A stretch of 60,386 bases of DNA, taken from the IMG/VR virus record IMGVR_UViG_3300032053_000078, positions 1 to 60,386 of that record; one strand, 5' to 3'. Origin of the DNA: a virus (lineage: Duplodnaviria; Caudoviricetes). Position numbers and translations under genes: made by a program. The notes beneath the pieces are model-generated. The model was given only the letters and a program-made list of their open reading frames with translations, did not search any database and was not told where the DNA came from. Below, piece by piece: positions 8,779-19,657 of this stretch (its first letter is position 1; each line of letters begins with the position of its first letter).

Positions 8779-11492
8779 GACGCCGGGGTCACAGACGAAT
8801 CAGGGGACGACGGCACATCAGTCACTTCGGTCACCTCAACATCCATCGTGTACGCACCGAACCCCCCCGAGCGTTCCGACCCGTGCTGAGTCCACTCAGC
8901 GGTCGGGGTCTTGACATACGCGAAGAACCGGTTGCCCGACTCGTTCTTCACACACACATACGACAGGCCAGCCCGGCAGATCGCTTTCAACGGGTCGAAC
9001 ACATCAGGGCCGAACCCGGTCGCGTTGTCGCAACCCGGGCCGCACGGCATCCGACCGGCCCGCACCCGTAGCTTCGACTTGAACTCGACACCACGGTCCT
9101 CCAACTCGCGGAACACAATCTGATAGTTCCGGTTGTGCGGTTGGAACACCTGCTCGTTCGACGGGAAGTCGAACGCCCGAGACTCGGCGAGGTCCTGATA
9201 GAACACCGTCAACAACGGGGACTCGTTCGACGTGAACATCAACCCCGGGTTCCCGGTCATCGGGACCGTCGCCGACACCGTCGCCGACCAGTCCGACGAG
9301 GTGCCGTCATCACGGATCAACCTGATCCGGTAGTACGCCAACGTGTTGCACATCGACTCGTAGTCGTCGAACCCGCCGATGGTTTGCGTCGTAATCAACG
9401 CGATCCGATGCCACGTCCCAGTCAACGAATCGTTCCGTTGGATTTCATACGCCAAGAACGCCCCGCACTCGACGGTCGTCACCGGCGTCCACGTCAACCA
9501 GATATGCGAGATCGAACACACCTCGACATCAGCGACAGCGGCGAACCCTGCCGGGGCGGACGGAACCGTCGACAGGTTCACCGCGGCAACAACGCTGCCC
9601 GGCTCGCCCGGTGTCGCCCACCCGAACTGTTGCATCATCGGATCGGAGAACGTCAGCTTGTCGACCCCACCACCCCACCCGGCCGCGGCGTTCGTCCCCG
9701 CCGGTGGCCCGTACGGTTGCGGTTCGTACCCCGAGTTCACACACTGGACGAGCCACCCCTGATTCGCGGCGGCGGTCGACCGGATGTCGAAGTAATACTG
9801 GGTGCCCGCCACCAGAGCGAACGTCGCGCCCGATGTGCGGACACCGACCGTCTGCCAACGGTGCGTCGGCGACACAAGGTCGGTCACCGCGATCGTCGCG
9901 GTGCCGCCCATCTGCACGTCGTCAGAACGCCGTTTGATCTGAATGGTGAGGTTGCCGTCGGTTGTCCCCGCCACCGTAGCGAGGAGGACTCTGATCCAAC
10001 CGTACGAGTCCGACACCGGGGCGGTGAACTCCTGTTGCATCGACAGCAACGTGTTGACCGGGCTGTTGTTGAACCACTCGCCCATGTCGGGCCACGCATC
10101 CGAACCGTTCAAGTCGGAGACAGTCCCGTACGGTTGAGAGTCCGCCGATACACCGCCAGCGGATTTCACCAACGACACCGCCGGTGTCAACCCTGACTCG
10201 ATGCCGATGTCGAGAACCCGCCGGTTCGCACCGTCGAGCGTCACCCCGTCACCCAACGCCCCGGTCCGAGTGGACGACCCGACGCCGAGCGGCCCGGTGA
10301 ACTGCGACCAGAACGGCGGCCCCTCCGTCAACAACGACTCCGTCAGGTCTCCCGGGTTCTCCGTTGAGATCGTCGCTATACCGAACGACGTCGACGACGT
10401 CCGGGTGTCGAGACGGAACACGAACAGGTACTTGTGGCCCCGCGAAAGTTGAAGGTTCCCCACAGCCCCGGTTTGGGTGTTCCGCAAAGTGAACTGCATC
10501 CACCCCTGACGGCACACCGTCCCGCCCTTCATCCCCGGGAACATTGTCGCCGGTGTGATCGCAGCCATCACCAACCGTGGGTCAACCGCTGCCGACTCGA
10601 CCTGCAAGTGGGCTTGGAGGATCAACCCCAAGTTGTTCGCCGACCCGGTCGGGTCCAAGTGCCAACCCAACCCTGACGCCGGAGCGGCCGCGGCGGTGTC
10701 GAACTGGTCGATGTCGGCGGGGGTCCACGGCAACCCGTTCGACGGGTTCACATACCAGTCGAAATAGAGTTCGACGACCCCTTGGTCGGCGGAGAAGCTG
10801 ATCGGGTCACCAAAGTATCTCGTGCTGTTCACCCATATGAACGGGGTGATCGTCACCGGCCCGAACGGGTCGTAGTCGATGAGTTGCTGAACCCAGTAAT
10901 GGGTGCGGACCCGGGTGATCCACTTGCCCGCCATCGACCCGGCGGTACCGACGTGACCGACGATCAGGTCGTACCCGGCCCCGAAAAAGCTGAAGATGGT
11001 GGCGTCGTTGCCGATCGTTTGGAGTGTGTTCAACGACCACGCCCGCGGAGTGAGGACCGTCGAGTCCAACGCCAGATACCGGCCGTAGACCGCACCGAGC
11101 GACGGGTTCCAACCATTGAAGTCACCCCACGCCCCCGACGTCCACCCCTGCGGCCCGTTGAAGATGTCGATACCCGGGACGTACGTCGTCCATGTCAACG
11201 CTGTCAACGGAGGGTTCGCTGCGGTGATGTCGTACACCTCCAACGACACCGTCTGGTTCCCAACCCAACACGCCACCCACGGCCACACCTGAGAGATCAG
11301 ATCGTTCGTGTCCGCTTCCAACGCGATCCCGATGGCGTTCTGCTCCGAGTCGATCCAACTGATCGACGCCACACTCGGGAACCAACCCAACCCCAACGTG
11401 CAAGGCGAGTTCGACCCGTAGTTCGGTAACGTCCCCGCACCGAACAACGCCGGGGCATGAACCCCGACATGCACATAGGAAACCGCGGTCAC
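8775..11492 (-). CDS. large minor tail protein with FN3-like domain and Dit-like C-terminus
   Basis: PSAP...LTWT...YEIQR...YYRIR...SSDWS FN3 pattern; located after tape measure. Confidence 0.65.
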   Translation of the reverse strand: MTAVSYVHVGVHAPALFGAGTLPNYGSNSPCTLGLGWFPSVASISWIDSEQNAIGIALEADTNDLISQVWPWVACWVGNQTVSLEVYDITAANPPLTALTWTTYVPGIDIFNGPQGWTSGAWGDFNGWNPSLGAVYGRYLALDSTVLTPRAWSLNTLQTIGNDATIFSFFGAGYDLIVGHVGTAGSMAGKWITRVRTHYWVQQLIDYDPFGPVTITPFIWVNSTRYFGDPISFSADQGVVELYFDWYVNPSNGLPWTPADIDQFDTAAAAPASGLGWHLDPTGSANNLGLILQAHLQVESAAVDPRLVMAAITPATMFPGMKGGTVCRQGWMQFTLRNTQTGAVGNLQLSRGHKYLFVFRLDTRTSSTSFGIATISTENPGDLTESLLTEGPPFWSQFTGPLGVGSSTRTGALGDGVTLDGANRRVLDIGIESGLTPAVSLVKSAGGVSADSQPYGTVSDLNGSDAWPDMGEWFNNSPVNTLLSMQQEFTAPVSDSYGWIRVLLATVAGTTDGNLTIQIKRRSDDVQMGGTATIAVTDLVSPTHRWQTVGVRTSGATFALVAGTQYYFDIRSTAAANQGWLVQCVNSGYEPQPYGPPAGTNAAAGWGGGVDKLTFSDPMMQQFGWATPGEPGSVVAAVNLSTVPSAPAGFAAVADVEVCSISHIWLTWTPVTTVECGAFLAYEIQRNDSLTGTWHRIALITTQTIGGFDDYESMCNTLAYYRIRLIRDDGTSSDWSATVSATVPMTGNPGLMFTSNESPLLTVFYQDLAESRAFDFPSNEQVFQPHNRNYQIVFRELEDRGVEFKSKLRVRAGRMPCGPGCDNATGFGPDVFDPLKAICRAGLSYVCVKNESGNRFFAYVKTPTAEWTQHGSERSGGFGAYTMDVEVTEVTDVPSSPDSSVTPAS

Positions 11493-11924
11493 TTACGCCC
11501 CCTGATCGTTGTAAAGCACCCCGAGAGCGTCGAACGTGATCGGGAACGGGACACCTGCCGTCGCCACCGAACTGATCGGGTAGTACGCGATCAAGATGCT
11601 GTCAGCATCAACGGTGACGAACCGGAACAACACCAACGCCGTGACCGTCTCACCCGCCGCGAGATTTGGTGCGCCGAACGACGGGTCGGTGCAGTCGTAA
11701 GTGATCCGATCCAACGTGTCGTCGATCGTGCGGGTCTTGCCACCCAACGTCTGCCGAGCGTACGTCGCGACCGTCACCTCGTTCGACGCCGGAACAAGAT
11801 CCGACACGAAGTCGTGATCCCGGTTCACGACATACCCGGTGCCCTTCAACAACATCACCTTGTACGTCGACGTCGTGAACGCCGCCATCTCGTCCAGACC
11901 CCGGTTGTAGACGGTCGTTGCCAT
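11493..11924 (-). CDS. virion/tail protein
   Basis: GAGGAG RBS; YKVMLL...HDFVSDL...NEV...YARQTL motif common in phage tail modules. Confidence 0.7.
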   Translation of the reverse strand: MATTVYNRGLDEMAAFTTSTYKVMLLKGTGYVVNRDHDFVSDLVPASNEVTVATYARQTLGGKTRTIDDTLDRITYDCTDPSFGAPNLAAGETVTALVLFRFVTVDADSILIAYYPISSVATAGVPFPITFDALGVLYNDQGA

Positions 11925-11992
11925 GTCTCTCCTCGTCGACCAGCCGGTCCGCCGCCACTCTAGCCCCGCCCAACATCACCCCCGAGGGAACG

Positions 11993-14900
11993 TCACGCAG
12001 CCCGCACCGAGTTTTTCAACCGCAACTTCCGCACAGCCGCCTCCCCCGCCGCGACACCCACAGTGTTCCCGAGGGTCTTGGCCCACAGATCATCGGTCCC
12101 CGGCGGCGGTTCCACCACCACGTTGATGACCACACTGTCACCGTTGGCGTTGACACCCGCACGACCCGCCGCGCCCGGAGCGGCTTCCCCCCGAGCGATC
12201 TGAGCGGCAGCCTTCGCCTCTCCGGCTTGCTTCGCCTTGTCCGCTGACAGAGCTTCCTTGTCCTGCTTCTCCTTCAACGCCTTGTCCTGCGCGATCTGCT
12301 GAGCCGCAGTGGTCAGGTCCTTCTTAGTCTGAGCGTCAGCCGCCTTCTGCGCTGCCGCCTTCGCTTTCGCGTCGGCCTTCAACTGCTTGTTACCCGACGC
12401 GATCCCACTGCCCGCTGCCGCCTTCGCTTGCGCCAGACCGGCGGCCTTAGCGTCGTCGATGCGTTTCTTGTTGGCCGCCTCGATCTTGGCCTGCCTCGCC
12501 GCTTCGTTATCCGCCGCACCCGGCTTCTTCTTCTTGGGGTCGAGCTGTGCCTGCAAAAGCTTGATCTGTCGCTCGATCGCGTTCGCCGCTTGGGCGTTCT
12601 TCGGAGTCTGCGCTTTGAGATCCCTGATCTGCTTCTGAATCGCGGCCTGCTGAGCTTTGTGGAGCTTCGCAGCGTCATCCTTCGCTTTCTTCGCTGCGGC
12701 CTCCTTCTCGTCGATCGACATTTCATCGAGACTTTTCTTCTTCGACTTGGGCTTCGGCTTGTCATCCTCCGCGGCCTCCTTCCTTGCGCCCTTCTTCTTC
12801 GGTGCCTTCTTCTTGTCGACCTTGTCAGCCACATCCTTCTCGGCCTCCGAGCCGCCTTTGAGGAGTTCGATGTTGACACCCGGGATCTTGTTGACCTGCT
12901 CGATGATCCAGTTCACCGCGTCGATCAAACCCTCTTTCAATCCCTCCCACATGCCCTTCGCGGCGCTACCGATCTTGGCTCCAACCCCGGTGAAGAACGA
13001 CAAGAGACCGGAGATGATGGTGTCCGCCTGTTCAACAAGCCAGTCGAACCCGTCTCCCATCCACTCGACCAGCAACCCACCAAGGTCGCCGAGCCAACCG
13101 ACGATCTCCATTGGCAACCCGCCCAACCAAACAGTGAGGTCGAGCAGCGCCGACGGGCCTTCGGTGACAAGCCACACGATCGCGTCCCAAAACCACTGGA
13201 ACAACGTCGCGCCAAGGTCGCCGAGCCAGCCGAGGATTTGGAGTTCCAAACTGCCAACCCATATTGCGAGATTGACAATGATCCCGGGTAGCGAGGTTGT
13301 CAACCAATCGAACCCGGCTTTGGCCCAACCCCACAACAGACTGCCAAGGTCACCCAACCAGCCGCCGATCTTGGTGCCAAGACTTGTGAACCAGTTATAC
13401 AAACCGACGACAGCGGTGTCGAGAGTCTTGATCGCCCAGTCGAACGCGTCGTACAACCACCCCCCGATCTCGTAGCCGAGAAACCCGAGACCACCGATAA
13501 TCAACCCCGGGATAGCCGCTATTCCGAGGAGGACGAACGCGATGATCTCGCCCCAGTTGTTGCCGAGCCAATCCCATCCGGCCTTCATCCAATCGAACAA
13601 CACCGAACCAAGGTCGCCCAACCAGCCGACGATTTTCATGGGGATGCTGATGAGGAACGACGCGAGACCGACGAGCATCCCCGGCATCGAAGTCACCAAC
13701 CAGACGAACCCGTCAGCGAGCCAGCCGACCAACGTCAACCCGATGTTGCCCAACCAACCAAGGATCTTCACGTCCAACCCGATGATGAACGACGCGAGAT
13801 CCACGATCATCCCGGGAAGGTTCGTGACCAACCAGACGAACCCGTCGAGAAGCCAACCAACCAACGTCAACCCGATGTTGCCCAACCAACCGAGGATCTT
13901 CGCGTCGATCCCGATGATGAACGAAGCGAGGTCGCCAAGCATCCCGGGAAGGTTCGCGACCAACCAGTCGAACCCGGTCGTCACCCAACCGACGAGCGTC
14001 GCCCCGATCGGACCGAGCCAATCGACCAGCTTCCCCGGCAACGCCACGAAAAACGCCTTGACCGACGCGACGATCCCGGGGAACGCAGCGGCGAGAGCGT
14101 TGAAAGCGTCGACCACCCACTTGATGAGGTCCGGCCCGAACTTGTTGCCGAGGTAACCCACCAGCAGCAACGGGAGACCACCCATCAAAGTGAGTACGCC
14201 GCCGATCACGACCTTCCAGTTGTCCGACACCCACTGCCACGCCGACTTCATCCACCCGAGCAGCATCACGCCAAGGTCACCGAGCCAGCCGGGTATCTTC
14301 AACACGAAGTCCAGAAACATTTGACCGGCAGCCGCGAGCAGCCCGGGGCCGTTCGCCACCAGCCAGTTGACGCCCTCCATGATCCAGCCGCCGAGGTTCG
14401 AGCTGAACGAAACCACGTTGTCCCATATCCCAGCCAACGCGTCACCGATAGCGTCACCGATCGCTGCAAGCGCAGCGCCGATCGCCGCAAGGTCGAAACT
14501 GCTGATGGCGTCCCACAGGTCAGCGAACAACCCGGCGGCGCGCTTCACCACCGGGATGATCGTGTCGTTCACCACGGCTGACAGATAATCGAACGCGGCG
14601 ATCAGCCCGTCTTTGACGGCCCTCACCACCGCATCGACGGCGTCTTGGAACCACTTGAAGTGGGTGTATGCCTTCTTGAAAGCGACGATCACCAAAGCCA
14701 CACCGGCCGCGATCGCTACGAACGGGGCCGCAGCCAACAACGCCGCTCCGACGAGACCGATCAGCGAAGAAGTGATCCAGACAATCAACCCGGCGAGCGC
14801 CCCGAGAGCGGCGAGGATCGTCGGGCCAGTGAGGATCGCCAACACTGTCGCCACCCCAGCGAACACCGCTTCGGGGTTCGCCGCTACAAACGTCTTGACC

Positions 14901-16603
14901 GCGCCGACAACAGTGTCGAACACAGATTTGATCGCGTCGCGCACCGGTTGGAGCGCGGCCCACAAGTCGGTCGCCGCCTGCCCGATGCCCTGTAGGAACT
15001 GCACGATCTCGAACCCGAGCTTCACCTGTCCGATCGACTTGAAGAAAGCGACGATCGCCCACATCGGACCCATCCCTGCGTCCAACGCTTCCGACGCCTT
15101 CTTGAACGCCGTGCGGATCTCGTCGAACACCACCCACACCGGGTGAGCGATCACGAGGAACGCGTTGAACGCGTCAGATAGGACGCCGCCGACGAGCTTC
15201 GCTATCGCTGCGACCGGGGCCATGACAGCTTGAACCGCCACCCCCAACCCGGCGAACACAGCCGACGCGATCGGTTCGACCACGTTCTTCAACTGGTGAG
15301 TCATCACTGTGAGCTTCGAGTGCCAGTTCGACGCCGCCGCCGCAGCAGCGTTGATCGTGTCACCTCCGCTCTGGATGACCTTTGTCGTCTCCTGATATTG
15401 CAACCCGTTAGCGAGGATCGCCGCAGCAATCTTCGGTCCGGCCATCGGCCCAAAGTTGGCGTTCGCCATCTTGACTGCCGCTTCGTCTGACGTTTTCCCA
15501 GCTTCCTTTACCGCTGCCGAGATTTGATCCCACCGCTCGCGAGTTGATTGACCCGGGGGTGCTTCGCGGGCGACTTTCATCAGCGCCCGCTGCATGACCA
15601 TGCCCTTCAACCCGACCTTCGTCAGGCCGCCAATGATCGCCGAGGTCTCGTCGATGGCGAACCCGGACGCCTTGAACGTCGGCCCCACTTGCTTCATCTG
15701 CGACAGCAGATCGTTGGTCGTCACGCCCGTAATCTGCGAGACCCGTTGGAACTTGTTGAGCTGTTCCTCTTGGTCCTTCGTCGCCACCCGGAAGTTGTTG
15801 AAGATTTGAGTGGCCTTCTCGACCGTACCCGACACGCTGTCCTTGTTGATGCGGGCCATCTTGATGAGCTGGAGGCCGAGATCCTGCGCTCCCTCACCAG
15901 TCAGATTGAGGCGTTGCTTCAGCGTGACCAGCGTCCCCGAGACTTCCTCCAGCGACGCTGGGGTCTTGGCGAACAGGTCCTTAGTCGCCTCCTCCAAGCC
16001 TTTCAGCTCAGTGCCGGTCGCCCCCGCCCCGACACGCGCCTTTAGAAAGGCTCCCTCGTATTCCTCGCCCAACTCAGGGAGAAACTCGACAACGGATTTC
16101 AACGCCTCGATCGCTAGTTCGACGCCCGCTTCAATCCCGTCGGCAAGCAACGTCCCTAAAGCGACCGAGGTGATTATGTCGGCAAGCCCCGAAACGTGCT
16201 CACCACCTTCGAGTTCGAGATCAGCCAACGACGCCTTCGCAGTGTCGACACCGTCGTCGATGGCTGTCAACGAATCGGCGGCCTGTTCCGCCCCCGAAGC
16301 GATCGCGTCAGCGATCCCATCAGCGCCCTCGCCGACGCTCTCCAACGAGGCAGACATCTCGTCAGACGCCGCCGACACCGAGTCCGCAGCCGACGTAGCA
16401 GCCGTAGAGATAGCGTCCTCCAACGCCGACCCGATGTCTCCCGCGCTTGCCTCCATCGCGCTTGACATGTCCCCGGCAGCGGCGTTCACCGCCGACACGG
16501 CATCGTTGAGCGCGGGGCCGAGTGCCGCTTCGAGCATCGAAGCGAACTGCTCGAAGTCCGGTTCGATCGTTACCGACGCCGAACCGACTACGTCATCAGC
16601 CAT
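11993..16603 (-). CDS. tape measure protein
   Basis: 1536 aa; N-terminal VVGSASVTIEPD; Ala/Gly-rich helices; Trp/Phe-periodic repeats; follows tail chaperone and gp10-like gene. Confidence 0.92.
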   Translation of the reverse strand: MADDVVGSASVTIEPDFEQFASMLEAALGPALNDAVSAVNAAAGDMSSAMEASAGDIGSALEDAISTAATSAADSVSAASDEMSASLESVGEGADGIADAIASGAEQAADSLTAIDDGVDTAKASLADLELEGGEHVSGLADIITSVALGTLLADGIEAGVELAIEALKSVVEFLPELGEEYEGAFLKARVGAGATGTELKGLEEATKDLFAKTPASLEEVSGTLVTLKQRLNLTGEGAQDLGLQLIKMARINKDSVSGTVEKATQIFNNFRVATKDQEEQLNKFQRVSQITGVTTNDLLSQMKQVGPTFKASGFAIDETSAIIGGLTKVGLKGMVMQRALMKVAREAPPGQSTRERWDQISAAVKEAGKTSDEAAVKMANANFGPMAGPKIAAAILANGLQYQETTKVIQSGGDTINAAAAAASNWHSKLTVMTHQLKNVVEPIASAVFAGLGVAVQAVMAPVAAIAKLVGGVLSDAFNAFLVIAHPVWVVFDEIRTAFKKASEALDAGMGPMWAIVAFFKSIGQVKLGFEIVQFLQGIGQAATDLWAALQPVRDAIKSVFDTVVGAVKTFVAANPEAVFAGVATVLAILTGPTILAALGALAGLIVWITSSLIGLVGAALLAAAPFVAIAAGVALVIVAFKKAYTHFKWFQDAVDAVVRAVKDGLIAAFDYLSAVVNDTIIPVVKRAAGLFADLWDAISSFDLAAIGAALAAIGDAIGDALAGIWDNVVSFSSNLGGWIMEGVNWLVANGPGLLAAAGQMFLDFVLKIPGWLGDLGVMLLGWMKSAWQWVSDNWKVVIGGVLTLMGGLPLLLVGYLGNKFGPDLIKWVVDAFNALAAAFPGIVASVKAFFVALPGKLVDWLGPIGATLVGWVTTGFDWLVANLPGMLGDLASFIIGIDAKILGWLGNIGLTLVGWLLDGFVWLVTNLPGMIVDLASFIIGLDVKILGWLGNIGLTLVGWLADGFVWLVTSMPGMLVGLASFLISIPMKIVGWLGDLGSVLFDWMKAGWDWLGNNWGEIIAFVLLGIAAIPGLIIGGLGFLGYEIGGWLYDAFDWAIKTLDTAVVGLYNWFTSLGTKIGGWLGDLGSLLWGWAKAGFDWLTTSLPGIIVNLAIWVGSLELQILGWLGDLGATLFQWFWDAIVWLVTEGPSALLDLTVWLGGLPMEIVGWLGDLGGLLVEWMGDGFDWLVEQADTIISGLLSFFTGVGAKIGSAAKGMWEGLKEGLIDAVNWIIEQVNKIPGVNIELLKGGSEAEKDVADKVDKKKAPKKKGARKEAAEDDKPKPKSKKKSLDEMSIDEKEAAAKKAKDDAAKLHKAQQAAIQKQIRDLKAQTPKNAQAANAIERQIKLLQAQLDPKKKKPGAADNEAARQAKIEAANKKRIDDAKAAGLAQAKAAAGSGIASGNKQLKADAKAKAAAQKAADAQTKKDLTTAAQQIAQDKALKEKQDKEALSADKAKQAGEAKAAAQIARGEAAPGAAGRAGVNANGDSVVINVVVEPPPGTDDLWAKTLGNTVGVAAGEAAVRKLRLKNSVRAA
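13560..14040 (-). repeat. 132-bp (44-aa, 4 x 11) tandem repeats inside tape measure
   Basis: AACGTCAACCCGATGTTGCCCAACC at 13731 and 13863; repeat unit GWLGNIGLTLVGWL.DGFVWLVT..PGM...LASF. Confidence 0.85.
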
Positions 16604-16604
16604 C

Positions 16605-17051
16605 TCAGTCGCCCATCACAGCGTCAAGAGCGTTCCGCAAGAACGGTTGCGCTTCCGTCCCGGGGTGGAACACCGACGACCTCACCTGAAACGCCCCCGC
16701 CGACTCCTGCCAGAACGCCAACGCGTACGCCGGTCGCTTCGGGAAGATCGGATGAGGGTTCGTTCCCTCATGCACGAAGAACGCGTACGGGGCGTTCGCG
16801 ACAACCCGGCCCGTCAACTTCGGGAATGACCCCTCGATACGGGTGTTGATCGAATGTTGAAGCCGCCCGGGTTGACGTTGCGGGGCTGACGACATCGGGT
16901 GAATCGGTTGCGGCGTCGACACCGGGCAGTTGTGAAACGCTGTCGAAGCGACCTCGGAAAGTTGACGTTGCAACCATGCCTGCGCCGCGTCGGCGAGGAC
17001 ACGCTCGAACGCCGACGAGTCCACGTCAAAGGTCACCTCGGCACCAGACAC
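16605..17051 (-). CDS. HK97 gp10-like neck/tail-completion protein
   Basis: GRLQHSI, APYAFFVHEGT.PH.I.P and HPGT.AQPFLR motifs. Confidence 0.8.
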   Translation of the reverse strand: MSGAEVTFDVDSSAFERVLADAAQAWLQRQLSEVASTAFHNCPVSTPQPIHPMSSAPQRQPGRLQHSINTRIEGSFPKLTGRVVANAPYAFFVHEGTNPHPIFPKRPAYALAFWQESAGAFQVRSSVFHPGTEAQPFLRNALDAVMGD

Positions 17052-17069
17052 ACGGGGATGCTACCCGGG

Positions 17070-17845
17070 CTACCCCGACGTGGTGATGACTCCTTCGACC
17101 GGGGTGTCGCCCTTCCACCACGACGGAGGGCGGAGGCCCTGCATCGACTCGTGCAGTTCGTCGTCGTGGATTTCAACAGCCTCGCTCGGGCGCAACGCGT
17201 AGTCGAGGTTCTTGCGCTGCTCATTGTCCATGCCGTCAACCATGAGGTAGTAGCACCACGAGAGGAGTTCGCCTGCTTCGAGGTCAGCGAGACGGCGACC
17301 CCGGTCCACCAGACGGCCGTCCAACTCGACCGCGTGTTGGGCCGCCCAACCAGCTATTCCGAAGCAGGTTCGGTAGGGCGTCCCGTGATCTCTGTCATCA
17401 TCTCGCCGACCAGTTCCATGAGGTCAGCCATCTCCAACGGTGGGTCGGTGTCCTCAGACCACTCGATGAACCGGTCCCGGTCCTCCGCCGCGATCAACTT
17501 GGTGATGACGTCACTGATCTTCACGAGCGCCTTCGACTGCTTGACGAAGTCGGTCTCAGCGTTCGCCGACGTGATGTCAGCCTGCGCCTTCGAGAGCTGC
17601 ATCAGCAACATCCCGGGGACCTTCGACCGCAAAGCGAACACCTCGCCACGCGTTTTCAGTACCGGTGAGCCGCCGTCCTCGTTTGCCGCTGCCTCAGCGA
17701 CGATCACGTCGACCGACGCGATTTCATCCGGCGGAGGACCAGTCGAGCCGCTGCCAGTAGACGCAGCGTCGAGAACGTCGTCGCTCTCAGGGACCATCCC
17801 GGTCTGCACCTCATCGTCGGGAATCATCCCAGTCTCAACCGGCAT
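17070..17845 (-). CDS. tail assembly chaperone pair (short form 17354-17845; long form via -1 frameshift)
   Basis: short ORF ends ITGRPTEPASE; the -1 frame at GGACGCCCTAC (17373-17383) continues RPYRTCFGIAGWAAQHAVELDG into ORF 17070-17324. Confidence 0.7.
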
Positions 17846-17931
17846 AGCGGCCTCCTCCTATTGCGTATCGGCCGAAACTACCACGATGTGATTCGCTGTC
17901 CACCCGAACCTTCACCGCCGCGAAACGCAGA

Positions 17932-18459
17932 TCAGATGCAGCACGGTGCCATTTCAAGTTCGACGTGGAGCGTCCACCCGGCGCAGCCGCCCTTGGGCGA
18001 GATCGGGTCCATTGTGCCTATACGCGCCTTCAACGGTTCACCACCGAACGTGGTCCCGTCATACCCCGAGAGGTCACCCATGATGCAACAGAACAACTTG
18101 ATCGCATCCATCTCCAAGTTCGCCGCTGCAATGTCGGACTCCGACGATGGCGGGAACGGTTTGTACGCCGAGTCCTTCAACGTCGGCCAGCACGGCCGGT
18201 ACAACCGGATGGCGACCTTCGCTACCGGGACCAGCTCCCCGCAGTTTGTGGGGCCACCCCACGCCCCCGGGAACCCTTTGGTTGCGTGGATCGACTCCAA
18301 CCAGACGTACAGGCCGTCGCAACAATCGGCGGGGGGAGCGCCGTGGTACAACCCCGACTCGGCGGGGGCACCGGTAGGGGTGTCAGTGAGGCACGCGATT
18401 GAGACGTCCAACAACCGGGTCAGCATCGACGGCAGGTAGCTGACGTCTTGGATTGTCAT
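17932..18459 (-). CDS. tail terminator-like protein
   Basis: PADCCDGLYV, RPCWP and P.GGCAGW motifs typical of actinophage terminators; ATGA coupling with adaptor. Confidence 0.7.
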   Translation of the reverse strand: MTIQDVSYLPSMLTRLLDVSIACLTDTPTGAPAESGLYHGAPPADCCDGLYVWLESIHATKGFPGAWGGPTNCGELVPVAKVAIRLYRPCWPTLKDSAYKPFPPSSESDIAAANLEMDAIKLFCCIMGDLSGYDGTTFGGEPLKARIGTMDPISPKGGCAGWTLHVELEMAPCCI

Positions 18460-19337
18460 GTGAACTCTCTGTATTGCGGCGACTTGTCCATTCGTCGAAC
18501 CGTTGACCGTCGCGGGATCTTGCCCGGGTTGACCGACGCCAACCACAGGTCAACCTCATAGATCCCAACCCGGCCACCTTCGTCGAGGAACGTCAACGGG
18601 TCAGCGAACGACATGGAGATCCCCTCACGGGTGACCGTTTGGAGACGCTGCGGGAGGACGCACCCGTCGGCGTTGCACATGAACTTCGCGATTTCACAAG
18701 CGAACCGTGCCGTCGCTGACAGCCCCGACTGGTCAGGTATCCGACCGTACGAGTACGTCACCTGCCAAGTCCCGTCCTTCGACCCGTCGTTCGGGGCGAG
18801 ACCGTACGGGGCGGAACTGACAGCCCGGTTCTGAGTGCAAGGCCACTGCAACCCGTCGAAGCGAACCAACCGGCGGTACTGCTCGACGCCGTACAACGTC
18901 GGGTCGAAGATTTCACCGTCGATCACGACTTGGGTGACGCTCCCGACCGGCATCGGGAGGAGGACCGATGGCAAGTTGCACTGCCCGGCGCAACACGAGT
19001 TGAAGTCGAACCATTCGCCGTCGATCCGGTATGGCTGATTCGGGAACGCCCACCCACCGGCAGCGGCGTTCCACAACGAGTACGTCCACCCGCCCATCGG
19101 CCACTGCAACCATGCGTCGCCGCCGCAGCCGCAACCGTCGCCGTAACACGGGCGCACCGTGCGCGAGCAGATCCCCGGGTACTGCCGTCCCGACAGACGG
19201 AACAGGATGTTCGTTGCCATGTCCACAGCCTGTTGAAGCTCGGTAGCGTTCGGCGGGTCAGCCAACCCTGAGCAGCACGCTTGGACGTCGGCCGGGGTGA
19301 TCCAGTCACCGCAAACACCGGAGGTAGGGGCAGCCAC
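18456..19337 (-). CDS. head-to-tail adaptor
   Basis: LFRLSGRQY.G.C, WPCTQ, ACEIAK, LPQR...VTREGIS and GIYEVDLWL.SVNP motifs. Confidence 0.8.
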   Translation of the reverse strand: MAAPTSGVCGDWITPADVQACCSGLADPPNATELQQAVDMATNILFRLSGRQYPGICSRTVRPCYGDGCGCGGDAWLQWPMGGWTYSLWNAAAGGWAFPNQPYRIDGEWFDFNSCCAGQCNLPSVLLPMPVGSVTQVVIDGEIFDPTLYGVEQYRRLVRFDGLQWPCTQNRAVSSAPYGLAPNDGSKDGTWQVTYSYGRIPDQSGLSATARFACEIAKFMCNADGCVLPQRLQTVTREGISMSFADPLTFLDEGGRVGIYEVDLWLASVNPGKIPRRSTVRRMDKSPQYREFT

Positions 19338-19390
19338 GCGGCGATGCTACCCCGCCGTGCCGCCGGGTTCGGGGTTGCTACCCGGTCATT

Positions 19391-19657
19391 TCACGACCAC
19401 GGTTCGGGATGGGCGCACGCCTCACAAGCGCGCATCGTTGTGGTCGAGTGACCGCCGTACCCGGGGTCGAACGGATCGGAGACAGGTTCAACCGGGCCAA
19501 CCGTTGAACACAGGTCGCACGACGCGACCCAACGCAACAGCGACGGGTCCCCCTGATGGATCTCGATGGCCTCGTCGAGGTCGTCGACCCATCGGGCACC
19601 TTCGGTTGGGTCAGCGAACTTGTAGGCGACAGCGCCTTTCGGTGGTGGGGTTGTCAT
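19391..19657 (-). CDS. early hypothetical protein with CxxC motifs (MTTPPPKG...)
   Basis: ATGA-coupled; CDLC and CEAC. Confidence 0.6.
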   Translation of the reverse strand: MTTPPPKGAVAYKFADPTEGARWVDDLDEAIEIHQGDPSLLRWVASCDLCSTVGPVEPVSDPFDPGYGGHSTTTMRACEACAHPEPWS

